DNA of 64,000 nucleotides from a bacterium (GTDB lineage: Bacteria; SAR324; NAC60-12). The notes beneath the pieces were generated by a model. It did no database searches and was not told the DNA's origin. It saw only the letters and a program-made list of their open reading frames with translations. The DNA is taken from the NCBI GenBank assembly GCA_965233585.1, contig CBDDTI010000747.1, forward strand, positions 160,001-224,000, given 5' to 3'. Shown in pieces: positions 48,745 through 57,297 of this stretch. Each line of letters starts with the position of its first letter. The stretch's first letter is position 1. Made by a program: the position numbers and the translations under genes.

Positions 48745-49644
48745 ATGGTCAAGTCAACATTAGTCATCTTAGCTGCTGGCATGGGCAGTCGCTATGGAGG
48801 ACATAAACAAACAGAGGGCATCGGTCCAAACCACGAAACGATTCTTGAATATTCCATTTATGATGCCATTCAGTCGGGCTTTCAAAAAGTCGTTTTAGTC
48901 ATCAAAAAAGAACAATACAGCAAGTTTCAGGACTTGCTTCGTGCAAAACTAGAGGGACAAATAGCAGTCTACTACGCATTTCAAGAAGTTCTGACCCAAG
49001 TTGGTCACATCAGCATTGAAGGAAGGACCAAACCTTGGGGGACAGCTCAAGCCATTTTAACTGCAAAAGAGGTGGTGAATGACCCATTCACTGTCATTAA
49101 TGCTGATGATTTCTATGGGCGGGAGTCCTTTCGCGTGATGAATCAGTTTCTACAAACTCAATGTCAAGAGACGCATTATGCCATGGTGGGATATATCCTT
49201 GAAAATACGCTTTCTGCCAATGGTGCTGTTTCCAGAGGACTTTGCCAAGTGCATGAAGGCAGGTTGGTTGATGTGAGGGAAGCAACGCAAATTACTAGAC
49301 AAGGTAATGAAATCATTTGCCAAGGACGGAATCACTTGCAAAAGTTAGATGCAGGGACTTATGTTTCTATGAATTTTTGGGGATTCCACCCTTTCATTTT
49401 TGAAAAGTTAGAAAGAGGATTTAGCCAGTTTGTCAAATCTCATGCTCACGATTTGAAGGCAGAGTATTTCATTTCATCAGAAGTCGGGCATCTTTTGCAA
49501 AAAAATGAAGTGGAGATTTCTGTTTTAGAAAGTCGTGCCAAGTGGTTTGGCATGACCTACCAAGAAGACAGGCAAGTTGCCAAAACGCAAATCAAAACTT
49601 TGATAGAACAAGGGCTGTATCCTGAATCTCTTTGGAAGCCATGA
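48745..49644 (+). CDS. Sugar-phosphate nucleotidyltransferase
   Basis: LAAGMGSRYGG, KPWGTAQA, INADDFYG, SMNFWGF. Confidence 0.88.
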   Translation: MVKSTLVILAAGMGSRYGGHKQTEGIGPNHETILEYSIYDAIQSGFQKVVLVIKKEQYSKFQDLLRAKLEGQIAVYYAFQEVLTQVGHISIEGRTKPWGTAQAILTAKEVVNDPFTVINADDFYGRESFRVMNQFLQTQCQETHYAMVGYILENTLSANGAVSRGLCQVHEGRLVDVREATQITRQGNEIICQGRNHLQKLDAGTYVSMNFWGFHPFIFEKLERGFSQFVKSHAHDLKAEYFISSEVGHLLQKNEVEISVLESRAKWFGMTYQEDRQVAKTQIKTLIEQGLYPESLWKP

Positions 49645-50723
49645 CCAAGTTAAGCTCCATTCTCAAAAAATTCTACCCAGAGGCTCAACTGCTTTCATAC
49701 CAACCCCTTGGCAACGGACATATCAATCAAACTCTGCTCATACAATTCCAGAACCATCACCAGACTGAACGGATTGTCTTGCAACAAATTAATACTCATG
49801 TCTTTAAGAAACCTGAGGCAATTATGAGCAACATTGCATTAGTTAGCAAACACCTCCAATCTACAAATTATCCATACCAAATTTTGATGCCTCTTTTGAC
49901 TACTCAAAAAGAGTTTGGATTTTGGCATGATGGCGGATACTGGCGGGCATATCCTTATTTGTCAAATGCCATAGAAATTGAAAAAGCTCAAACTGAAAAA
50001 CAAGCCTATGACATTGCCAAGTGCTATGGACATTTCACACGCTATCTTGAAAACATAGATTTGCAACCAATTCAAACCACTATCCTAGATTTTCATAATG
50101 GAATCGTGCGATGGCAACAATTTGAAGAGGCACTCAAGAATGACCAAGCCTCAAGAAAAGCAAGACAAAAGCATTTAATAGAAAACGTTTTAGCACTCCA
50201 AAACATCATTGAGGAAGCAAATGAAGTCATTCAAACACTACCGATCAGGCTTATTCACTACGATACAAAAATTAACAACGTGTTGGTGAACGAAAAAACG
50301 ATGCAACCGATGGCTGTTGTGGACTTGGATACTTTGATGAAAGGTTGCATCTTGTCAGACTTTGGAGACATGGTGAGAACCTTTACCAATTCCACTGATG
50401 AAGATTGCAATCAAGCAGAGAAAATCACGATGAGAATGCCTATTTTTCAAGCATTAACAAAGGGTTTTTTAGAAGGTTGCGGAACCATGTTAACCCCTTC
50501 AGAAAAAAAATATTTGGTACTAGGATCTTTGAACCTTGTTTTCATGCAAGTCATCAGATTTTTGACAGACTACCTTAATGGTGATGTGTATTACAACACT
50601 CAATATGCAGAACACAATTTAGACAGAACCCTCAATCAATGGACACTGTTGCAATCCATGCTACAACAACAAAAAACAATGGAAGATGCCATTAAACAAG
50701 CATCATTCTATGACCTTAAATAA
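49641..50723 (+). CDS. APH-like phosphotransferase (N-acetylhexosamine 1-kinase/AmgK-like)
   Basis: GNGHINQT, HYDTKINN, DLDT, DFGD, RFLTDYLNGD; ATGA overlap. Confidence 0.85.
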   Translation: MTKLSSILKKFYPEAQLLSYQPLGNGHINQTLLIQFQNHHQTERIVLQQINTHVFKKPEAIMSNIALVSKHLQSTNYPYQILMPLLTTQKEFGFWHDGGYWRAYPYLSNAIEIEKAQTEKQAYDIAKCYGHFTRYLENIDLQPIQTTILDFHNGIVRWQQFEEALKNDQASRKARQKHLIENVLALQNIIEEANEVIQTLPIRLIHYDTKINNVLVNEKTMQPMAVVDLDTLMKGCILSDFGDMVRTFTNSTDEDCNQAEKITMRMPIFQALTKGFLEGCGTMLTPSEKKYLVLGSLNLVFMQVIRFLTDYLNGDVYYNTQYAEHNLDRTLNQWTLLQSMLQQQKTMEDAIKQASFYDLK

Positions 50724-50822
50724 GGTTTAACTTCCCTATCCAAATCAAATCTTCCTGCCAAAATCAAATTCCGTGGTCTAAGACAATCTCCAAAAAAAAT
50801 CAATTTATCATAAAAATAATTC

Positions 50823-50851
50823 TTGACAGCCAATTTTTCTCTGGATAGAAT
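50823..50851 (+). promoter_or_regulatory. Near-consensus sigma70 promoter
   Basis: TTGACA-17-TAGAAT. Confidence 0.7.
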
Positions 50852-50867
50852 GCTTTTATGATTTATA

Positions 50868-50997
50868 AAATAAAGCAAACTCTAAACTATATGTTAGGCA
50901 ATAATAGGGATTTAGTCTAAATAAATGTCTTGATAAAATGTTTATTATGTCAGACTGAACCTTATTTGTCTATGAGGATATGAGAACAGCTTTATTT
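50868..50997 (+). ncRNA. Putative structured 5' leader RNA (long G-U-containing hairpin)
   Basis: Nested stems AAATAAAGC/GCTTTATTT, TAGGCAA/TTGTCTA, ATAGGG/CCTTAT, TTTAGTCT/AGACTGAA, AATAAATGT/ATGTTTATT. Confidence 0.45.
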
Positions 50998-51031
50998 GGA
51001 TTGATTAATTTTTTTTGAATGGAGTAGTCAA

Positions 51032-53572
51032 ATGCTTAAAAAATCGTTGTTAGGTGCTGTTGTTGTTTCAATGGCAGCGTTCGTGTCTTCTTGTGCAGTA
51101 GAAACCACGACTGAAGAAAAAACTGCTGGGAAATTAAACTTTTCAGAATTAAGCGAAACATTTGAGGATGAGGGAAGTTTCACAGCTTTAGAAATCCTTG
51201 CCAACGTTTCAGGAGAAAAAACAGGTTATAGCCTGAAAGAAATCAAAGACATTTCAAACACTTCTGTTGCCACTCTTGGGCAAAATCAGACCAGTATTGA
51301 CTTTGAAACAACAGGTGCATTTACTGCAAGTTTGGTTTTTGAGCATGCCACGAAAGATGATGCAGTCATTGATAAAGCTCCATTTAAAATTCTGGAAACA
51401 AGTGAAAACATACTTTCTGAAAAATTTAATTTTTCGGAACTAAGCAAAAGATTTACCAGCGGTGGAAGTTTCACAGCTTTAGAAATTCTTGCCAATGTTG
51501 TAGGAGAAAAAACAGGTTACAGCTTGAAAGAAATCAAAGACATTTCAGATACTTCTGTCGCAAGAATTTCAGGGAACAAAAAAAGGATTAACTTCATTCA
51601 GGCTGGAACTTTTACAGCAACCTTGATTCTTGAGCATACCACTAAAGAAGACGTCACCATTCCAAATGCAACATTCCAGATTTTGAGAACAAACGCATTG
51701 GCATTTAACCTTTTAAGCGAAACCTTTACCAGCCTTGGAAGTTTCACTGCATCAGAAATCCTTGCCAATGTTGTAGGAGAAAAAACAGGTTACAGCCTGA
51801 AAGAAATCAAAGACCTTTCAGATACTTCTGTTGCTCAACTTGCGGCAAACAAAAAAAACATTGACTTCATTCAAGCGGGCATTTTTACAGCCACCTTGAT
51901 TCTTGAACATGCCACTAAAGCAGACATCACCATTCCAAATGCAACATTCCGAATTTTAAAAGGGCAAACAGTGGGTTTTACTAAACTCAAGAAAATCAAT
52001 AGCCCCTTCTCCTCTTTTGAAGAAAAAGAGATACTGGGAGCAGTGACTGGGATTCCACAATGGAGCAACTCTGAAGATAATAGAGGAGGCTGGAAGTTGA
52101 AAGAAGTCAAAGACATTTCAGACACTGCCATTGCAAGACTCAAATACAAATCTTTTGGTGTCGTCAATAAAAAAGCGATACGTGCCTCACGGATAGGTGA
52201 ATTTACTGCAACCATTGTTTTGGAAAAAGACAATCAAGCAGACCTTGTGATTCCAAATGCTGAATTTGAAACGGAGTTTATTTTTGCTGGATTGAGCAAG
52301 ACCTTTGTGAGTGGGGGCAGTTTTTCAGAAGCAGACATTTTGAGCAAGTTAGTAGGAGGAGATTTCAATTCAGGAGGTGGTAACAGCAGTCTCTATTCTT
52401 TCAAAGAAATCAAAGACATTTCAGATACTTCTGTTGCAAAAGTTGGAAGTGATGGAAAGAGTCTTGACTTCATTCAAGCAGGCTCTTTGACTGCCACTTT
52501 AGTGATTGAAAAAACTTATCCCCAAGGAGGACCAGAAGACGTTGTCATCCAAAATGCCAAGTTTGAAATCACTCAAACTCCCAAATGGGAAAAAGGCTTT
52601 GCCAATACTTCTGCATTCTTCTTTTACTACCCAAAAGACCACCAACTCTATTTTGCCTCCACTGGCAACAGCATTTACAAAATGAATGTAGATGGCTCTA
52701 GCGTCCAAAAGATATACACCAATACAGTTGCATCGGTTACTAAACCTTATGTCTATGTGCATCAAGATTGGATTTATTACAATGACAGCACCACTAAAAA
52801 AATCTACAAAGTGAAAACTGATGGGTCTTCTCATAGCGAGTTTATCAGCAATGGTCATGGAGACATGCGGGTTTATGGTGATGATTTGTATTATTTTAAA
52901 GACAACACAGACCCAAACAATAGATATTTCAGCAGAAAGTTTGATTTGATGCGAGTACCATTAGACAAAAGCAGTTCTGCAGAAGTTGTAGTTGAGATGT
53001 GTGAATGTTTAGGAGACCCTCATAATTTTCATGTCAAAAACAATCAAGTGTATTATAGCAAATGGGATACATTGCGCAAAATGGATTTAACGACCAAAAA
53101 AGTGACCACACTTTCACGTGGAATGCACGATGGTTTTATCCTTACAGAAGATTACATCTATTTCAGAAATCACTCACTTTTGACTGACTATGGAATTGGA
53201 CGTGCCAACTATGACTTTTCTAGCGTGACTGTAGTCCACGAGACTTTGTATCAGGTCAATTCGGACGACATCAATTTTAATGTTTCACCTTCTTTTATCA
53301 CCTACATCAATAGGGAATCAAGCGGGGACTCAAAGCACATCTCTGACAAAAATTTATACTACCTTGATTTGAATGCCAAAACAGAAAATTTGTTGAGGAG
53401 TTCAGTCAGCAAATCTGGTAGCTTTTTTGACCCACCTCAAGTAGAAGGGAATCTTAAAATTATTGGAGATTGGATTTATTATTTGCGTGAGTTTTCCACT
53501 AGCAAATTTGAGATTCGCAGAGTCAAAAAAGATGGAAGTTCTGCAGAATTAATACATCAATTTCAATTTTAG
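51032..53572 (+). CDS. Lipoprotein with five about 90-aa Ig-like repeats and a C-terminal DUF5050-like beta-propeller
   Basis: Lipobox VSSC; repeats with YSLKEIKDISDTSVA...GxFTATL; C-terminal IYKM..DGS / DWIYY / IYKVKTDGS blades. Confidence 0.8.
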   Translation: MLKKSLLGAVVVSMAAFVSSCAVETTTEEKTAGKLNFSELSETFEDEGSFTALEILANVSGEKTGYSLKEIKDISNTSVATLGQNQTSIDFETTGAFTASLVFEHATKDDAVIDKAPFKILETSENILSEKFNFSELSKRFTSGGSFTALEILANVVGEKTGYSLKEIKDISDTSVARISGNKKRINFIQAGTFTATLILEHTTKEDVTIPNATFQILRTNALAFNLLSETFTSLGSFTASEILANVVGEKTGYSLKEIKDLSDTSVAQLAANKKNIDFIQAGIFTATLILEHATKADITIPNATFRILKGQTVGFTKLKKINSPFSSFEEKEILGAVTGIPQWSNSEDNRGGWKLKEVKDISDTAIARLKYKSFGVVNKKAIRASRIGEFTATIVLEKDNQADLVIPNAEFETEFIFAGLSKTFVSGGSFSEADILSKLVGGDFNSGGGNSSLYSFKEIKDISDTSVAKVGSDGKSLDFIQAGSLTATLVIEKTYPQGGPEDVVIQNAKFEITQTPKWEKGFANTSAFFFYYPKDHQLYFASTGNSIYKMNVDGSSVQKIYTNTVASVTKPYVYVHQDWIYYNDSTTKKIYKVKTDGSSHSEFISNGHGDMRVYGDDLYYFKDNTDPNNRYFSRKFDLMRVPLDKSSSAEVVVEMCECLGDPHNFHVKNNQVYYSKWDTLRKMDLTTKKVTTLSRGMHDGFILTEDYIYFRNHSLLTDYGIGRANYDFSSVTVVHETLYQVNSDDINFNVSPSFITYINRESSGDSKHISDKNLYYLDLNAKTENLLRSSVSKSGSFFDPPQVEGNLKIIGDWIYYLREFSTSKFEIRRVKKDGSSAELIHQFQF

Positions 53573-53928
53573 AATCAGGCTTCACTTTTAAAAGCCCCTC
53601 TTAGTTGTGTATATTTTGTTTATGATAAATCTTATTTTTTAGTCATTAAGTGCATTCTATCCCATAACAGAAAGGTCTTGGTGGCTGGCTTTTGAAAGGT
53701 AGTGATTTGAAGAGTCGTTCATTTTTTCTTTAAAAACTGTCTTTTTAGAAAATTGACTGCCCTGAAAATAGCTATCTTTTGAAAGAACAACTCTTTTTCT
53801 GTTCTGAGTAGAAAAAGAGTGATTGGTGTCTTTTGTTGAAGTAGTGCCTGAAGAATGGATGAGTTTTTTTGAAGTTCTGAAAGGGACTACTTTTTAATTT
53901 TATTAATTTTAATCATGGAGTAAATGAA

Positions 53929-54930
53929 ATGCGTCAAAAATCGGTCTTAGGTTCTGTCATTACTTTGGTGGCAGTGTTCGCATCGTCTTGTGCGATTGAG
54001 GAAAAACCCCCCAAAGAAGATTCTGAGAAACTGAGTTTTTCAGAATTAAGCGAAACATTTGAAGAGGAAGGGAACTTTACAGCTTCAGAAATCCTTGAAA
54101 ATGTTTTTGGAGAAAAGGAAGGTTACAGCATTAAGGAGATTAAAAATGTCTCGGATACTTCTGTTGCCACTCTTGGTCAAGGTCAAGTCAGTATCAACTT
54201 TGAGAAATCGGGTGAATTTACTGCAAATCTGATTCTTGAGCATGATACAAAAGCTGATTCAGTCATTGATGGTGCAAAGTTTAAAATTTTGGGAGACAAC
54301 GAATGGTCTTTCAATGTTTTAAGGAAACGGTTTGTTAGTGGTGGAAGTTTCACTGCAAGAGAAATCATTGCCAATGTTTCTGGAAAGAACAAAGCAAGCT
54401 ATTCTTTGAAACAAATCAAGGACATTTCAGACACTTCTGTTGCAAGGCTTAGCGAGGACAAAAGAAGCATTCAATTTGTGAAAGCAGGCTTTTTCACAGC
54501 AACTCTGGTGCTTGAAAATGAAGATGAAGTAGAAATCTCCATCAAAAAAGCTAGGTTTAAAATTGCTGCAATCAGTCCAAAGCGAAGGGATCCCATCAAT
54601 CCTTACAGAGACCCGTACCCGAACAAAGGTCTTCAGACATTAACTAAAACTTATGTTCCGGGTGGATATTTTAGCGAGGTAGAGATACAAAGCAAATTTG
54701 GCAATGCACGGTCAATCCCTCCATTTGTCTTGCTAGAAGTCAAAAATATCTCTGATACTTCTGTCGCAAGGTTAGGATACAACAAGCGGTCTGTTCATTT
54801 TGTCCAACCGGGTTCGTTCACTGCAGATGTTGTGTTCTCAAATTCCATCTTCACACAAACGGTCAAGGTCAAATTTGTCATCAAACGGCAAAGAGGCTAT
54901 CACTGGTGGATCACCCCTAGAGACTACTAA
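53929..54930 (+). CDS. Paralogous lipoprotein with three Ig-like repeats and no propeller
   Basis: Lipobox ASSC; same KxIKxxSDTSVA...GxFTA repeat. Confidence 0.8.
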   Translation: MRQKSVLGSVITLVAVFASSCAIEEKPPKEDSEKLSFSELSETFEEEGNFTASEILENVFGEKEGYSIKEIKNVSDTSVATLGQGQVSINFEKSGEFTANLILEHDTKADSVIDGAKFKILGDNEWSFNVLRKRFVSGGSFTAREIIANVSGKNKASYSLKQIKDISDTSVARLSEDKRSIQFVKAGFFTATLVLENEDEVEISIKKARFKIAAISPKRRDPINPYRDPYPNKGLQTLTKTYVPGGYFSEVEIQSKFGNARSIPPFVLLEVKNISDTSVARLGYNKRSVHFVQPGSFTADVVFSNSIFTQTVKVKFVIKRQRGYHWWITPRDY

Positions 54931-54989
54931 CCAACCTTATCCTGTCTCTTCCTCTTCAAGAAGAGACAGCTTTACTAAGTTCCCCTGAC

Positions 54990-56294
54990 TTAGTAAACTT
55001 CCTCATACATCTGGCAAAGTTGCTGTCCTGCTTTTCCTTCCAAAAAAGCAAGCTCCCCTAATTTATGCTGACGATAGACTTCTACAAAATTTGGAGAAAA
55101 CCAACTTTTGACCTGTTCGCAAGCAAGCATCGTGTCTAAGGCTTCTTGCAGAGATTGAGGAAGACGAGAAAAGCCTTGTTGTTGCAAAGTTTCTTTGTCT
55201 AAAAGTGACAAATCTTCTTGAGTCACGCTAGGGCTTGAAAGACGTTCTTCAATCCCTTGACAACCTGCATGCACAATCGCTGCTAATGCTAAATGAGGAG
55301 AAGCAGCTGCATCAGCCGCACGAAACTCAAAATGATATTGTTTAGACACATCATCAGAGGAAAATTCAACAACAGGGCAAATTCTCACAGCCGCTTCACG
55401 GTCGCGAAAACCTAAATTGTTGTAAGATGCACTCCAACGGTGAGGAGTGAGACGAAAGTAAGAAATGGCAGAAGGGGCGGTAAAAGCTACAATTTGCGGC
55501 AGATACTTCAACACACCTGCGATGAAATGTGAGGTTAAATCTGACATGCCATAACTGCCTTGCTTACAATAAGTCAAAGGAATCCCCTCTTGGTCTAAAA
55601 AACTCAAGTGAATATGGACGCCATTGCCTACCCCCGAAAGGTCACGAATGGGGGTCAACGTTGCCTCCGTATTCAAAGAAGAGGCAGTGCTATAAATCAA
55701 CTCTCTCAAAAAAGCAGAACCATCAGCAATTTTGACGCCTTGTTCAGGAGCAAGCGTGACTTCATACTGATTGGCTCCATACTCCTTTAAAAAAGTGTCA
55801 GGTTGCAAGCCTGCCTGTTCTATTGCCCAAATCAGCTTTTCTCCCATCAGCTGCTGGTCTCTAAACCCTTTGTAAGTAAACCCTCCATGAGACTTTGTTA
55901 ACCCTTTAAGCTGAAACTCATGTTCAAAAGCACCACATAACACTGCACCAGAAAGTTGAAACAACCGCTCCAACGCAGACTGCAAAAGACCCCTTGTGCA
56001 ACATTCCCAAGCACTGCCATCTAAATTTAAAATGTTTCCCAACATCAAATGCTGTTCGCCATCTTCCAGATAGACATGGACTTCTGTTTGTAAATCAGGC
56101 ACTAATGCCAAATCTCCCAAAGACCCATACGGGCTTTCAGCAATACTATTGAAGCAAGTGATTTGAACATTGGTTGGAGTCCACCCTACGCCACGTTGCG
56201 AACGTTGCTGGAGTTGTCTGGTTGGGAATGCTTTACCCCTCATCAAACCTGACACGTCAGAGGTGGCTACAAAAGTAAGAGGTTGTTGAGACAT
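54990..56294 (-). CDS. Glutamine synthetase-like protein (probable gamma-glutamyl amine ligase)
   Basis: FEHEF, EYGANQYE, GNGVHIH, SYFRL, DREAAVR, EFRAADAAASPHL. Confidence 0.85.
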   Translation of the reverse strand: MSQQPLTFVATSDVSGLMRGKAFPTRQLQQRSQRGVGWTPTNVQITCFNSIAESPYGSLGDLALVPDLQTEVHVYLEDGEQHLMLGNILNLDGSAWECCTRGLLQSALERLFQLSGAVLCGAFEHEFQLKGLTKSHGGFTYKGFRDQQLMGEKLIWAIEQAGLQPDTFLKEYGANQYEVTLAPEQGVKIADGSAFLRELIYSTASSLNTEATLTPIRDLSGVGNGVHIHLSFLDQEGIPLTYCKQGSYGMSDLTSHFIAGVLKYLPQIVAFTAPSAISYFRLTPHRWSASYNNLGFRDREAAVRICPVVEFSSDDVSKQYHFEFRAADAAASPHLALAAIVHAGCQGIEERLSSPSVTQEDLSLLDKETLQQQGFSRLPQSLQEALDTMLACEQVKSWFSPNFVEVYRQHKLGELAFLEGKAGQQLCQMYEEVY

Positions 56295-56323
56295 TGCACA
56301 GATAGATTTGAGGTTTGAAAAAT

Positions 56324-57166
56324 TTAAGAAGTCCTAACTGAATCCCACATTTCAATCCGCTTTTTTGTCAACTCCCAGTCTCGTTCTGCAATCCAAGAAT
56401 ACAAAATTTCCACAAAGACTAATGCCCCTGCATAGCTGTCCCATGCAGTATTGGTGTCAATGGGAATAGAGATGACTTCGCGGGCATATTGAGCAACAGG
56501 AGATGACCATTTGTCAGTGAGTAAAATGATGGAGGATTTACGTTGGGAAGAGACAATTTTAGCCAATTTGAACAGATGTTGTTGGTACCTTCTAAAGTCA
56601 ATCATAAAACAAACGTCAGAGGGACGCATCTGTAAAATGTAATCAGGCAAAGCTTCTTGGTCTGATGGCAAATGGACAACTCCGTCACGCAAAAGACTCA
56701 AATGCTTCCCAAAAAATTGGGCAATGGGGTCGCTAAACCGACCTCCAATCACATAAATTTTACGTTTCCTGTCAGACAAATATTCGCAAATTTCTTCAAA
56801 TCTGCTGGCAGAGATCATTCCTGACATCTGTTCAATCATTTGCGCCCTTAATGCCAAATTCTTATGAAAATAATCTTCCTCAAGTTCCTGCGACTGGTGT
56901 AAATCCAGCGGAGAGCCTTTTCTCTGATTCAACTCTTTTTCTTTCAATTCATGGATTAGGCAATATTGAAAGTCTTGATAGCCTTGATAGCCAAGTTTGT
57001 AGGTAAAACGAGTGATAGAAGGCGGGGACACTTGCGTTTTGCTTGCAAAAGATTGAATGGTTTCAAGTCCTGCAAAAGGATAATCTGATAACAACGCAGA
57101 CGCAATTTTACGTTCAGCGATTGTTAGGTTTTTGTAAGATTGTTCAATGATTTTTTTAACGTCCAT
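56324..57166 (-). CDS. MurR/RpiR-family transcriptional regulator
   Basis: LTIAERKIA, VSPPSITRF..LGYQGY HTH, SIS domain DFRRY. Confidence 0.9.
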   Translation of the reverse strand: MDVKKIIEQSYKNLTIAERKIASALLSDYPFAGLETIQSFASKTQVSPPSITRFTYKLGYQGYQDFQYCLIHELKEKELNQRKGSPLDLHQSQELEEDYFHKNLALRAQMIEQMSGMISASRFEEICEYLSDRKRKIYVIGGRFSDPIAQFFGKHLSLLRDGVVHLPSDQEALPDYILQMRPSDVCFMIDFRRYQQHLFKLAKIVSSQRKSSIILLTDKWSSPVAQYAREVISIPIDTNTAWDSYAGALVFVEILYSWIAERDWELTKKRIEMWDSVRTS

Positions 57167-57297
57167 ATCTAAAAATAATGATTAAAAAAGGTTAGGTGAA
57201 AGCCGAATTATTGTAATCTCATTAAAAATAATACGTCAAACCTAAAAAAAGAATTGACTTTGAAAAGTGTTTTTCATATTGTATTTGGGAAATCTTT

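Noticed and set aside
50868..50997. c-di-GMP-I riboswitch (GCAAAC seen)
   Set aside because: No GNRA tetraloop/receptor or second GCAAA-P2 architecture; it folds as one long rod.
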